From positions 7,003-71,002 of the forward strand of contig CALUPH010000008.1 of assembly GCA_944322615.1 (NCBI GenBank): a stretch of DNA of 64,000 bases, written 5' to 3'. This stretch comes from Candidatus Gastranaerophilales bacterium. Its GTDB lineage: Bacteria > Cyanobacteriota > Vampirovibrionia > Gastranaerophilales > Gastranaerophilaceae. The position numbers were made by a program, and so were the translations under genes. Position 1 is the first letter of the stretch. Each line of letters starts with the position of its first letter. Below, piece by piece: positions 47,717 to 57,951 of the stretch. The notes under the pieces were generated by a model. That model had not been told where the DNA came from, did no database searches, and worked only from the letters and a program-made list of their open reading frames with translations.

Positions 47717-50221
47717 TTACAACTTGTTCATATCTTTGTCATAGAAAGCTTTCCTTATGATTTTAAAGTTAATATCAGGTCTATACAGGCTTATAACATC
47801 ATCAGGTTTCACTGACGGAATTTCTTCTGATTGTCCTGTTTTTAAAATCATTTGAAGTTTGTTTTCTTCTACTTCTATTGACTTTATTGATTGTTTTATA
47901 TTTACAAGTTTTTTTATACCTTTTTTATTTATCTTCTCTATAAATATTTCATTACTTGAAGATATTACTTCTTTAATATACAACAAATCTTTATTTTGTA
48001 AAATACCCTCAATAACAGGTTCAAAAGAATATGATGCCCATTGTGCCATAATATCAATGGCAGGAGTATTTTTATCTATTTTATTTGCATTTATAATTCT
48101 TATCTTAGAAGGTAGAACTTTATTAAGCTTTTCTGCAAGATTTTTTTCTTCTATATTGTCATATATTTCTATATCTATAAGCTCACATTCACTTTCAACA
48201 AAGATTGGAAGTGCTATTCCCAGTGAAAATTTGGGTGATGGGTTAAATCCTTGTGAAAAGACCAAACTTAAGCCGGAGCGGTATAGTGATTTTATTATTG
48301 TGTTCTGCCAGTCAAGATGAGAGATGTATCTCATTTCATCTTTTTTTGATATTTTCAGTCTGTATTTATAAGTTTCAGATATTTTTTGTTCAATATTATT
48401 TTCTTTTTTGTTTATTGATTTAACTTCATTATCAAGAATTTTGTGTGTTTTTAAATTTGTACATACACCGCAATTAACACAAGAGAACTCACAAGGGATT
48501 ATATTTGCAGCTTTAATGGCGTTATTATATTGTTCTTTTAACCATTCTTTGCTTAATCCTGTATCAATGATATCCCAAGGCAAATCTTCTTCTAATGGAT
48601 AACTTCTTTGTGCTTCTTCATCTATATTGAATCCGCACTCTAATGCTGTTTGTTCCCATAAATTTTTATCTATATTTTCATCCCAAGTTGATAAATATAC
48701 TCCTTTTTTGTGTAATTCAAGGAAGAACTTATTATATTTTTCATCTCCTCTGGTAAAAGCACTTTCAACTTTTGATGTAAAACTATTGTGGTAATTTATT
48801 TTTACACCTTTTATTGTTTTGACTTTATCTAAAAGATATTTTATTTTATTTCTTATTTCTTCTTGAGAATTTTGTCCAAACCATTGGAACGGTGTAAACG
48901 GTTTCGGTACAAAAATTGATACTGTACACGTTAAATTTAGGCTGTCTTTTAACTCGAGTTCTTTTTTTAGAACTTTACTTCTGTATTTTATTTTATTAAA
49001 TAGTTCAGCCATTTCATCAAGGTCTTCATAATTTTCAGTTGGCAGACCTATCATAAAATATAGTTTTATATGATTGAATCCTGTTTTATAGCAATTTAAA
49101 ATAGTATCTGTAATTTGTTCTTCTGTCAGGTTTTTATTTATTACATTTCTTAGTCTTTGACTTCCTGCTTCAGGTGCTAGAGTTGCTGTTGTTGCTCTTA
49201 CTCCTCTTACAAGTTCTGCCAGTTTTGTACTATAGCGGTCTATTCTTTGGCTTGGAAGTGATACTGATACTTTCTTTTTATTCATTTCTTCGCTTAATGA
49301 TTCAATTACATTTTCTATATTTATATAATCGTTTGAAGATAATGAAAGTAGTGAATATTCGTCATAGCCCGTTTCTGACACTGACTCTTTAACCATATTT
49401 ATTATATCTTCGGCTTTTCTTTCTCTAATTGGAAGATTTATATGTCCAGCTTGACAAAAACGGCACATTCTTCCGCAGCCTCTTCTTATTTCTATAATGG
49501 TTCTGTCATGTACACTTGAAGAATAAGGAACAGGTGCTTTGGGGGCTCTGTTTAGTTTTGATATATCAAAAATTCTTTTTTTTGTTTTATTTTGTTCTTG
49601 TGGTGCAAAAACACCTTCAATTTTAGATAATTCTTTTATTATTTCTGTCTTTGTTTTATTTTTATCTTTTAATTCTTTATATTTTTCAAGAACATCAATT
49701 ATAAGTTCTTCACCGTCTCCAATAAGGAATATATCAATAAAATCTTGTATTGGCCTTGGGTTAAAACAGCAAGGACCACCAGCCATTATTATTGGGTCTT
49801 TTTCTTCTCTTTTCTTTCTTTCAACTTGCAAACCTGATAATTTTATCATCTCAAGCATTGTTGGGTATGCAAGTTCATATTGAAGTGAAAACCCGATAAT
49901 GTCGAAATATTTTACCGGTTTCTTACTTTCTAATGTTAAAATTGGCAGATTGTTTTTAATTAATTCTTCTTTATAGTCAATATCAGGAGCGTAAACCCTG
50001 TCTGCCATATATCTTTTGTCAGCATTTACAATATCATATAGGATTTTTTGCCCCAGATTACTTATGGCTATTTCATATTTATCAGGAAAAGCAAAAGCTA
50101 TTTTTACTTCTGCTGTCTCAAAGTCTTTGTTATAACTTAAATATTCTGAACCTATATATTGGTATGGCTTTTTTATTTTATATAATAAACATTGATTTTC
50201 TATTGGTAATTCTTGATTCAT
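47717..50221 (-). CDS. B12-binding-domain radical SAM protein fused to a DUF2344-like C-terminal domain
   Basis: CGRMCRFCQAG CxxxCxxC cluster motif; 834 aa. The position immediately upstream of RNase E/G is common for this family. Confidence 0.8.
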   Translation of the reverse strand: MNQELPIENQCLLYKIKKPYQYIGSEYLSYNKDFETAEVKIAFAFPDKYEIAISNLGQKILYDIVNADKRYMADRVYAPDIDYKEELIKNNLPILTLESKKPVKYFDIIGFSLQYELAYPTMLEMIKLSGLQVERKKREEKDPIIMAGGPCCFNPRPIQDFIDIFLIGDGEELIIDVLEKYKELKDKNKTKTEIIKELSKIEGVFAPQEQNKTKKRIFDISKLNRAPKAPVPYSSSVHDRTIIEIRRGCGRMCRFCQAGHINLPIRERKAEDIINMVKESVSETGYDEYSLLSLSSNDYINIENVIESLSEEMNKKKVSVSLPSQRIDRYSTKLAELVRGVRATTATLAPEAGSQRLRNVINKNLTEEQITDTILNCYKTGFNHIKLYFMIGLPTENYEDLDEMAELFNKIKYRSKVLKKELELKDSLNLTCTVSIFVPKPFTPFQWFGQNSQEEIRNKIKYLLDKVKTIKGVKINYHNSFTSKVESAFTRGDEKYNKFFLELHKKGVYLSTWDENIDKNLWEQTALECGFNIDEEAQRSYPLEEDLPWDIIDTGLSKEWLKEQYNNAIKAANIIPCEFSCVNCGVCTNLKTHKILDNEVKSINKKENNIEQKISETYKYRLKISKKDEMRYISHLDWQNTIIKSLYRSGLSLVFSQGFNPSPKFSLGIALPIFVESECELIDIEIYDNIEEKNLAEKLNKVLPSKIRIINANKIDKNTPAIDIMAQWASYSFEPVIEGILQNKDLLYIKEVISSSNEIFIEKINKKGIKKLVNIKQSIKSIEVEENKLQMILKTGQSEEIPSVKPDDVISLYRPDINFKIIRKAFYDKDMNKL

Positions 50222-50554
50222 TTATGCTAAATCTTCCGGAACATATCTTTCTATATCTATAATTTCTCCATAAGACTTATTGTTTCTGAATTGATTAAAA
50301 AAGTTCAGTAATGATTCGTAAGGTACTTTATATTTATAAAGCCCTACTCCTATTCCATTGTGTTTCATTACTGTAACTATAAAAAAACATTTCTGTGCAT
50401 ACTCTCTTAGTGCTTCTTCTTTAAAATAATTACCGTTTTCATCTTTTGTTATTTTTACATATTGAAAACCTTTGAAAAAGCGTTGACGTGCAGTATCGCC
50501 TTCTTTTGGAGTCTTTTTAAATAAATTTATTACTTTGTCTTTATTATCGCTCAT
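50222..50554 (-). CDS. Hypothetical protein
   Basis: 110-aa ORF abutting the radical SAM gene start; no recognisable motif. Confidence 0.5.
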   Translation of the reverse strand: MSDNKDKVINLFKKTPKEGDTARQRFFKGFQYVKITKDENGNYFKEEALREYAQKCFFIVTVMKHNGIGVGLYKYKVPYESLLNFFNQFRNNKSYGEIIDIERYVPEDLA

Positions 50555-50651
50555 ATTAATATTGAAGCGAATTTGTCAAATTCAGGCAAGAATTTAACAT
50601 AATTTTTAATATATAATTTATTATTTTTTTTGAATCTTTTAAAATAATTTT

Positions 50652-51236
50652 ATGTTTGAAGAATTAGAAGATATAAAAAATAAATGTTTGAAATGTCAGA
50701 AATGTGCTTTGTCAAAAACCAGGACAAATATTGTTTTTTCTGATGGTAATCCAAACAGTAATTTAGTGTTAGTCGGAGAAGCTCCGGGATACTGGGAAGA
50801 TCAAAAAGGTAAGCCTTTTGTCGGTAAAGCAGGTCAATTGCTAGATAAAATTTTTGAGTGTGTCGGTTTATCAAGAGAAAAAGATGTCTATATTTGTAAT
50901 ACATTGAAATGCAGACCACCAGAAAACAGAGATCCTCTTCCTGAAGAAAAAGCTGCTTGTAAGGAGTATCTTGATGCTCAATTGAAAATATTAAAACCGA
51001 AAATTATTTTAATATGCGGACGGGTGGCTTTGAATACTTTTCTTCCTGAATGTCCGAGTATTACAAAGGTTAGAGGTAAATGGTTTGATGGACCAAATGG
51101 TGAAAAAATGATGCCGATTTTTCATCCTTCATACCTTTTAAGAAATGATTCAAGAGAAAAAGGCAGTCCCAAGTGGTTAATGTGGCAAGATATTAAGGAG
51201 ATAAAAAAAGTTTATGATGAAATTTGCAATTTATAA
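50652..51236 (+). CDS. Uracil-DNA glycosylase, family 4
   Basis: CxxCxL Cys motifs at the N-terminus, GEAPGYWEDQKGKPFVGKAGQLL, HPSYLLR. Confidence 0.85.
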   Translation: MFEELEDIKNKCLKCQKCALSKTRTNIVFSDGNPNSNLVLVGEAPGYWEDQKGKPFVGKAGQLLDKIFECVGLSREKDVYICNTLKCRPPENRDPLPEEKAACKEYLDAQLKILKPKIILICGRVALNTFLPECPSITKVRGKWFDGPNGEKMMPIFHPSYLLRNDSREKGSPKWLMWQDIKEIKKVYDEICNL

Positions 51237-52176
51237 AAAAATACTTATCTGGACCTTACGCATATTTTTATATTTTGTATTATTAATTGCTATTTATTCA
51301 ATATTTATAGAGCCGAGATTGATTAGAGTTAATGAACAGAATTTATATTTGCCAAATTTTCAAACTGAACATAACGGTATGAAAATTGCTGTTCTATCTG
51401 ATTTGCATATAGGCGGTCTTGGTATGGATGAATGGCAATTAAAAAGAATTGTTAAAAAAACAAATAAACAAAAACCTGATTTTATTTTGCTATTAGGTGA
51501 TGTTGATTCAATCAGACTTTCTAAATCAGGAATACCATCAGAAAAAATATCTGAAATTCTTTCAAAATTTTCTTCTAAATATGGTGTTTATTCAGTTCTA
51601 GGAAATCATGATTATAAATCAAATCCATCCATTCCTAAAATTTTAAAAGCTGCCGATATAAAAGTATTAGATGGCTCATCTTGCAATATAAAACTAAATA
51701 ATAAAAATGTTATTTTATATGGGTTGAAAGATTTTTGGCATTATGACTATGATGAAAATTTAATCAAGAAAGATATAAATTCTTCCATAATTGTATTATC
51801 TCATAATCCTGATACATTTCCTTTTATTCCTGGTTATACTGCGTTAACTTTGAGCGGACATACTCATGGCGGTCAAATTTATCTGCCGTTTTTAGGTGGC
51901 ATTTTTTGTTCATCAATGTATGCTCAGCGTTATATTAAAGGATATGTTGTTGAAAATAATAAACATATCTTTATAACAAGTGGATTGGGCAATTGTGCTC
52001 CTGCCAGATTGGGTAATATACCTGAAATTGTTATATTGAATTTATATTCACAAGATAGTTATCCAAATAAAAAAATAATAAATACAAAAGCTAGAAAAGG
52101 TATTACTAATACCGAACTATTACCTATGTATTTTGATTTTGTTAGAAAAATTTTTCATATTAATGTTCAATATTAA
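51214..52176 (+). CDS. Membrane-anchored metallophosphoesterase (YkuE-like)
   Basis: SDLHIG, GDV, GNHDY and GHTHGGQ motifs after an N-terminal TM. Confidence 0.8.
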   Translation: MMKFAIYKKILIWTLRIFLYFVLLIAIYSIFIEPRLIRVNEQNLYLPNFQTEHNGMKIAVLSDLHIGGLGMDEWQLKRIVKKTNKQKPDFILLLGDVDSIRLSKSGIPSEKISEILSKFSSKYGVYSVLGNHDYKSNPSIPKILKAADIKVLDGSSCNIKLNNKNVILYGLKDFWHYDYDENLIKKDINSSIIVLSHNPDTFPFIPGYTALTLSGHTHGGQIYLPFLGGIFCSSMYAQRYIKGYVVENNKHIFITSGLGNCAPARLGNIPEIVILNLYSQDSYPNKKIINTKARKGITNTELLPMYFDFVRKIFHINVQY

Positions 52177-52177
52177 A

Positions 52178-53626
52178 TTATTCAATAAGTGACTTATAGA
52201 CTTTTTTGTATTCTTGAGCACTTTTTGTCCAAGAAAAGTCAGCACTCATTGCATTTTTAACAAGACTGTTCCACTCTTTTTTATTTTTATATGTATTTAT
52301 TGCATATTGAATTGTATTAAGCATTTCATGAGCATTATAGTTATAAAATTTAAATCCGTCAGCGTTTTTGTTTGGATATGCATTAACGGTATTTTCAAGT
52401 CCTCCTGTTGCTCTTACAATAGGTATAGTTCCGTATTTTAGGGCTATTAATTGTGATAGCCCGCACGGCTCAAATCTTGAAGGCATTAAGAACATATCTG
52501 CACCAGCGTATATTTTATTGCATAAATCTGCTCTGTATTCTATTCTTGAACGAATATTTTTAGAGTTGTAACTTATCCAAGTGAAAAAGTCTTCATATCT
52601 TTTTTCGCCTGTTCCTAATATGATTATATCTGCTTCAAGCTTCATTAAATCGTTCTCTACTGCTTTTAACAGATCAATACCCTTTTGTTCAACAAGTCTT
52701 GATATTATTGCTATTAAGGGTCTGTCCTTTTTATATTCTAACCAGTATTCTTTTACTATTTCTTTCTTGCACTTTTCTTTATTTTTTATGTTATCTACAG
52801 AATAATTATATTTTATTAATTTATCTGTTTCAGGATTAAATTCCTGATAATCAATTCCGTTTAAAATGCCGCATAGTTTATCTTTATTGTTATTTAAAGT
52901 CCAATCTAAACCTTCACCATATTCACTTGTTAATATTTCTTTTGCATAATTTGGTGATACGGCAATAATCTTATCTGCATAATTTATAGCACCTTTCATC
53001 CAAATTAATGCTCCATAGTGTTCAAGTCCATATTGGTGGAAAACTTCATCCGGATTTAATCCTGCAAAGTCCAATATCTCCTTAAAATATTGTCCTTGAT
53101 ATGCAAGATTGTGAATTGAAAATACTGTTTTTGTATTTTTATAAAATTCATCATTCTTGTATGAAGTTTTTATCCATACAGGAATCATTGATGTATGCCA
53201 GTCGTTACAGTGAATGATATCGGGTTTAAAATTTAAAAGTCTTGCGTATTCTAATATTGCTTTTGAAAAAGTAATAAATCTTTCTTGTTCATACCAACTG
53301 TCAATTCCTGAAGGATATACACAATTAAAACAAGAGAAAAATTTAGGATTATCTATAAAAAATACATTTATATTTGTATTTGGCAGTTTACACATTTTTA
53401 GTGTGAAAATATATTCTGCAGCATAGCCGAATTTTAGCCTTAGTTGTGAGTTTGGAATTTCTTGAATATTATATTTCTCTTGATTAATACTGCCTATTAA
53501 CGGTGTAAATATAGCCATTTCCATATCATCAGACTGCAAATACTTTGGCAATGACCCCATAACATCAGCAAGTCCTCCGACTTTTGTAAAAGGTGCCAGT
53601 TCAAATGTTGCAAATAATACTTTCAT
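52178..53626 (-). CDS. glgA: Glycogen synthase
   Basis: MKVLFATFELAPFTKVGGLADV N-terminus; GT5 layout; 482 aa. Confidence 0.9.
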   Translation of the reverse strand: MKVLFATFELAPFTKVGGLADVMGSLPKYLQSDDMEMAIFTPLIGSINQEKYNIQEIPNSQLRLKFGYAAEYIFTLKMCKLPNTNINVFFIDNPKFFSCFNCVYPSGIDSWYEQERFITFSKAILEYARLLNFKPDIIHCNDWHTSMIPVWIKTSYKNDEFYKNTKTVFSIHNLAYQGQYFKEILDFAGLNPDEVFHQYGLEHYGALIWMKGAINYADKIIAVSPNYAKEILTSEYGEGLDWTLNNNKDKLCGILNGIDYQEFNPETDKLIKYNYSVDNIKNKEKCKKEIVKEYWLEYKKDRPLIAIISRLVEQKGIDLLKAVENDLMKLEADIIILGTGEKRYEDFFTWISYNSKNIRSRIEYRADLCNKIYAGADMFLMPSRFEPCGLSQLIALKYGTIPIVRATGGLENTVNAYPNKNADGFKFYNYNAHEMLNTIQYAINTYKNKKEWNSLVKNAMSADFSWTKSAQEYKKVYKSLIE

Positions 53627-53638
53627 AATGTGCCTCTT

Positions 53639-54268
53639 TTATGCCATTCTTGACAGGTATTCAAGAGAATACTTAAGAATATCTTCTGTCTTTGTACAAT
53701 CTTTTTTATAATTTAAAACTTCTTTTATTGCTGTTTTGGCTTCATTTACTGAATAACCAAGTGAAATTAATACACTTTGGACTTCAACTATACTTTCTTG
53801 TTCTATATCTTTTATATTTATATCAGAAACATCTACAGGCGTTACGTTAGACCAGTTTATTAATTTGTCTTTTAATTCGATAATAATCTTTTGTGCGACT
53901 TTTGCCCCAACGCCTTTTGCTCGTGAAAGTTCTTTTGCATTTTCTGTTATCATTATGTCTATCAGTTCGGGAATAGAAAATTCATCAAGTATTAATAATG
54001 CTAATTTTACACCGATACCTGATACACTTTGAAGTATATTGAAAATGTCTCTTTCTTCTTTTGTAGTAAATCCTGTTAGGCTCATTGAATCTTCTTTATG
54101 TGTTAATGAAACATATATTTTTACTTCTTCATTTTCATTAAGTTTTTCAATTGTACTTTTACCTGTTAAGATTAAATACCCTATATTGTTCACATCAAGG
54201 ACTATATGAGCGCCTCTATAAGAATTTAATTGTTTTGTTACAAGATGTCCTTTTAAATAATCATACAT
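53639..54268 (-). CDS. ruvA: Holliday junction branch migration protein RuvA
   Basis: MYDYLKGHL start and two HhH motifs (VSGIGVKLA, AKGVGAKVAQKI); about 200 aa. Confidence 0.9.
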   Translation of the reverse strand: MYDYLKGHLVTKQLNSYRGAHIVLDVNNIGYLILTGKSTIEKLNENEEVKIYVSLTHKEDSMSLTGFTTKEERDIFNILQSVSGIGVKLALLILDEFSIPELIDIMITENAKELSRAKGVGAKVAQKIIIELKDKLINWSNVTPVDVSDINIKDIEQESIVEVQSVLISLGYSVNEAKTAIKEVLNYKKDCTKTEDILKYSLEYLSRMA

Positions 54269-54271
54269 AAT

Positions 54272-54865
54272 TTATATTTCTTCTTTGTCTTTTAAATTAT
54301 TATATAAGTCCAGTGTTTTTTTTAGTTCTTTTTCGTTTCCTAAATTTTTATAAGCAAATGCTAAATTATAATAAAACTTTGCATCATCATTTTTTAATTG
54401 TATCGCTTTTTTAAATGCGTTTCGTGCTTCTTTATATTCTTTTAATCCTAAATGAGCACAACCTAAATTATAATAATAATAAGGAAAATCTTTCTTATAC
54501 TTAATTGCTAACTTATATTCGTTAATTGCAGAATTATATTTTTTATCTTTTAAGTATATGTTACCTAAATTATAATGTGCTTTATCAAATTTAGGATTCA
54601 TTATAATTGATTTTTGTAAAAAGAATGAAGCATTTACATCATTATCAAAATCTTGTGATAGGTTGCCTAAAAGGTACCATAATTCATAGTCTCGTTCATC
54701 TTCAGTAATTTTGGAAATCATTTTATATGCTTCTTCCAGATTGTTTGAATTATATAAAGCAATGATTTCTTTTTTCTTTTCATCAAAAGACTGCTCTGCA
54801 AAACATTGATTTAAAGAAGCTGAAATTATACAGAATAATATTAATAATTGAAATAATTTTTTCAT
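54272..54865 (-). CDS. Secreted TPR-repeat protein
   Basis: Signal peptide, then repeated A.YNLG..Y......A...Y..A motifs. Confidence 0.75.
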   Translation of the reverse strand: MKKLFQLLILFCIISASLNQCFAEQSFDEKKKEIIALYNSNNLEEAYKMISKITEDERDYELWYLLGNLSQDFDNDVNASFFLQKSIIMNPKFDKAHYNLGNIYLKDKKYNSAINEYKLAIKYKKDFPYYYYNLGCAHLGLKEYKEARNAFKKAIQLKNDDAKFYYNLAFAYKNLGNEKELKKTLDLYNNLKDKEEI

Positions 54866-54930
54866 AATCTACCTTGGTAAATATTATATGTTAATTATAA
54901 AAATCTTTCTATCAGGAAAAATTTTATTTG

Positions 54931-54957
54931 TAAAATTTTATAACATTTTCCCGATTT
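54931..54957 (+). promoter_or_regulatory. Weak sigma-28-like promoter candidate
   Basis: TAAA (54931-54934), 15 nt, CCCGATTT (54950-54957). It shares the CCGAT core of GCCGATAA and lies about 64 nt upstream of the ATG at 55021. Confidence 0.2.
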
Positions 54958-55020
54958 TCTTCAATTCTCAATTCAAAAATGACTTTATTATAATATAGTA
55001 CTATATTAACGCGGGCAGAT

Positions 55021-55926
55021 ATGATCAGTTTAGACTTAGATTTATCTTATTTGTGCAGCCAATACAATATTGGTACTTCTGCAATGCAGCAGTATCAGAA
55101 TATGAGTGTTGTACAAATTATGCAGACAGAAGCAGCAAAAGGAAATACTGCTGCCGCAAAATTTATGCTGCAAATTACTACAAATCCTGAAGAGCTTGCT
55201 AAGGTATTCCAACTAATTAATCCTAAAAACAGATATTTAATTTTGATGAATATGAATCAAAATGATTTAATGATGATAATGGAATATCTTGATCCAAAAG
55301 AGATGGTTTTGGGTTTAAGTATTTTTACTCACGATGCGTTGATAAAATTAATGCAAAATCTACCGCCGGAATCTTTGGCTACTGTTGTTTTAAGTACAAT
55401 GGATTCAAATAAATTTCTAAATTCAATTCCTGAAAAGTATATGGATGAATTCTTTACCTCCGATAAAATTGATAGAAATATGTTTATGAAAGCACTTGAA
55501 GATGTTGATGAAGAACAACTTCAAAAAATGATGGAAAATATTTCCGGTCAATCTTGCTACGATGATAGAGATACAATTTTACAGCAAATGGGTTCTATGA
55601 CTGATGATAATTTTATGAGAGCTGTGACTTCCTTTGAACCTGAAGGAAAAAAACAACTCATAGCAAATCTTTTGGAAGAAAAACCTGATTTATTTGAAGA
55701 ATTTTCTGCTGAAGCTATGACACATCCTTTTAATGTTATGGAAAAAGAAGATATCTTAAAATCTTTAACAGTATTAGAAACTAAAGAAATGCTTCCTATG
55801 GTTCAAGATCTTCCTCAAGAAATTATGGCTTTAATTGCTACTCAAATTGATCCAAAGGTCTTTTCTGAAATATTATGTTCTGATTTTGCCAGCATAATCG
55901 CAAATTGCGGTATTAATTTCGGTTAG
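55021..55926 (+). CDS. Hypothetical helical-repeat protein (weak MgtE-N/FliG-like resemblance)
   Basis: Repeated L.P.....L..M....L..LM..L patterns (for example NPKNRYLILMNMNQNDLMMIMEYLDPKEM). No catalytic motifs. Confidence 0.5.
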   Translation: MISLDLDLSYLCSQYNIGTSAMQQYQNMSVVQIMQTEAAKGNTAAAKFMLQITTNPEELAKVFQLINPKNRYLILMNMNQNDLMMIMEYLDPKEMVLGLSIFTHDALIKLMQNLPPESLATVVLSTMDSNKFLNSIPEKYMDEFFTSDKIDRNMFMKALEDVDEEQLQKMMENISGQSCYDDRDTILQQMGSMTDDNFMRAVTSFEPEGKKQLIANLLEEKPDLFEEFSAEAMTHPFNVMEKEDILKSLTVLETKEMLPMVQDLPQEIMALIATQIDPKVFSEILCSDFASIIANCGINFG

Positions 55927-56105
55927 TCTCTTGTATATAATTTTTCATTTTAACAAGCATTCTATAATAATTGCTTGTCTTTTCACATTCTTTTAATTTA
56001 TTAGCTTTTGTTATTCTTTCGAATTGTAAAGTAATGTAACAAATGAAAACAAATGAGTCAATATATAAATGAGTATATACTTTATATATACAAGAGGATA
56101 AAAAT

Positions 56106-56267
56106 ATGGACTACAAAGTTATAGATTGTAAAATAAAAGAAATATATTTTAATGCCAAACCAATAGAAGAAGATGAAGCTATTGTTGAGTCAAGATCTTT
56201 GTTTTGGAATTCGCTTAAGAATTTGGCTGTACAAAATATATCAATACAACAACTAAAAATGGCATAA
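56106..56267 (+). CDS. Candidate 53-aa small protein
   Basis: AGAGGA RBS 7 nt before the ATG. Translates to MDYKVIDCKIKEIYFNAKPIEEDEAIVESRSLFWNSLKNLAVQNISIQQLKMA. Below the ORF-track cutoff. Confidence 0.3.
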   Translation: MDYKVIDCKIKEIYFNAKPIEEDEAIVESRSLFWNSLKNLAVQNISIQQLKMA

Positions 56268-56287
56268 TTATTTAAGATGCCATTTTT
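56255..56287. terminator. Bidirectional terminator hairpin spanning the ends of two converging ORFs
   Basis: AAAAATGGCAT / ATGCCATTTTT perfect 11-bp stem with an 11-nt loop. Confidence 0.6.
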
Positions 56288-57041
56288 GTTTTAGAGATTT
56301 TATTGTTCCGTCTTTTTTCATTCTGGTGATTATAACATCAATAGTGTTTTTTAATTTTTGATCATCATATTTTTGCATACCAACGGCATAGGGTTCATAA
56401 GAAATCTTATTTTTTAGAATTCTATAACCTTTTTTGTCCATTATCATTCCTGAAAGAATAGAGTCATCACTGCTTATTGCATCGCCTTTTCCGTCAATAA
56501 AAGCTTGGAAAGCTTCTTTGTAAGTTTTGTATCCGACAATTCTTGCTGTTGGGATTATTCTTCTTATATTTTTTTCTGCTGTTGAACCAAGTGAAATAAT
56601 TATAGTTTTTCTTTTTAGGTCAGAAAAAGTGTGAATATCACTGTCTTCTTTTACTAATGCTGTTTGACCTGCGATGTAATATGGTTCTGAAAAATCTATT
56701 AAATATTGTCTTTGAGGAGTGATTGACATTGTAGCAATAACTAAATCAACTTCTCCTGAAGTAACGGATTCTATTCTCTTATCAGTTGTAATAGGTACAA
56801 GTTTTATTTTTCTTTCACTACCTAAAATATCTTTTGCGATATATCTTGCTATATCTATATCAAAACCTTCAAGTTCACCTGTTGCTTTACTAACAAAACC
56901 AAAAGGCTTTGAATCATCTTTAACTCCGACAATTAAAACATCGCGTTCTATAATTTTATCCAACGCTGTTTTTTCTTCTTTTTTACCGCAAGAAGTCAAT
57001 AATATTAATGATAATATAAGAAGACATAAAAACTTTTTCAT
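56268..57041 (-). CDS. Amino-acid ABC transporter substrate-binding lipoprotein (SBP family 3)
   Basis: Lipobox LLTSCG; VGVKDDSKPFGF...GFDIDIARYIA motif. Confidence 0.85.
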   Translation of the reverse strand: MKKFLCLLILSLILLTSCGKKEEKTALDKIIERDVLIVGVKDDSKPFGFVSKATGELEGFDIDIARYIAKDILGSERKIKLVPITTDKRIESVTSGEVDLVIATMSITPQRQYLIDFSEPYYIAGQTALVKEDSDIHTFSDLKRKTIIISLGSTAEKNIRRIIPTARIVGYKTYKEAFQAFIDGKGDAISSDDSILSGMIMDKKGYRILKNKISYEPYAVGMQKYDDQKLKNTIDVIITRMKKDGTIKSLKQKWHLK

Positions 57042-57111
57042 ATTCCACCTTATCTTTATTAGAACATAATATTTTTTATATAGAAATACTGTTAAAGGAG
57101 TAATTAAATTT

Positions 57112-57951
57112 TTAATCTTCTTTTTTCATTAATTTTGCATATGCTCTTGAGTTTATTTCACCACCAACAAGTATTATTAGTGAGGTGTAATATAACCAAA
57201 CCATTAGTATTGCAACAGCACCAATTGCTCCATATACTTTGTTATATGCGTTAAGATTACTTAAGTATAATGAGAAACACCAAGAGCCAAACATCCAGAA
57301 GAAACTAAAGAAGAAGGTTCCGGGTAGTACGCTTTTGAATTTTATTTTATCATTGCCTTCTATTGCAGGAAGAATAAAATAGTTTCCTATTGCACAGAAT
57401 GCGAGTGCTAAATATGTGACAGGCCATCTTACAACAGATATTATATCTATTGATAGTTTTGATAGCAGAGTATATTCAATCATAAAATCAAGAAAAACTT
57501 TACCTAAAACAATTAAATTAACAACCAAAAATAAAACAAGAGAGTTTATAAAAACCATTAAGATAGCAAGTACTCTGGTATATAAGAAATTTCTTGTTTC
57601 TTCTATAGCATATGCTCTGTTTAAGCCTTTAATTATTGCGGCAATTGCATTTGCTGCAAGTGCGATAGTTATACATAGACCAAATATGGCAATTAATTTA
57701 CCTTGCTTGAAAATCATTGCCTCATTTAAAGTTTCAAGGATTAAAGAAGCAACATCTTTGGGGGCAATATTAGTCAAAAATGTTAAAATTGGAGTGATTA
57801 ACGTTTTTTTGCCCATCCAAGCAAATAATGAGGTTAAGAAAAGCAAAAACGGAAAAAGTCCGAGAATAAACCAAAACGCCATCTCTGCAGCAACACCGCA
57901 GAAATCTTGTTCGATAATTTTTTTTATCAGGGTTTCTATATATTTTCTCAT
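57112..57951 (-). CDS. YihY/BrkB-family inner membrane protein
   Basis: GVAAEMAFWFILGLFPFLLFL start and six predicted TM segments; about 280 aa. Confidence 0.8.
   Translation of the reverse strand: MRKYIETLIKKIIEQDFCGVAAEMAFWFILGLFPFLLFLTSLFAWMGKKTLITPILTFLTNIAPKDVASLILETLNEAMIFKQGKLIAIFGLCITIALAANAIAAIIKGLNRAYAIEETRNFLYTRVLAILMVFINSLVLFLVVNLIVLGKVFLDFMIEYTLLSKLSIDIISVVRWPVTYLALAFCAIGNYFILPAIEGNDKIKFKSVLPGTFFFSFFWMFGSWCFSLYLSNLNAYNKVYGAIGAVAILMVWLYYTSLIILVGGEINSRAYAKLMKKED

Noticed and set aside
50650-50919. 89-aa minus-strand ORF overlapping the start of the UDG gene
   Set aside because: It is antisense to a gene with clear family-4 uracil-DNA glycosylase motifs, and it has odd composition and no RBS.
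55928-56096. 12-bp perfect inverted repeat CTCTTGTATATA / TATATACAAGAG flanking a 145-bp intergenic segment (possible MITE ends)
   Set aside because: The sequence is AT-rich and I saw only a single copy. My rough estimate is that such a match can arise by chance in a 64-kb AT-rich window. I found no target-site duplication or second copy.
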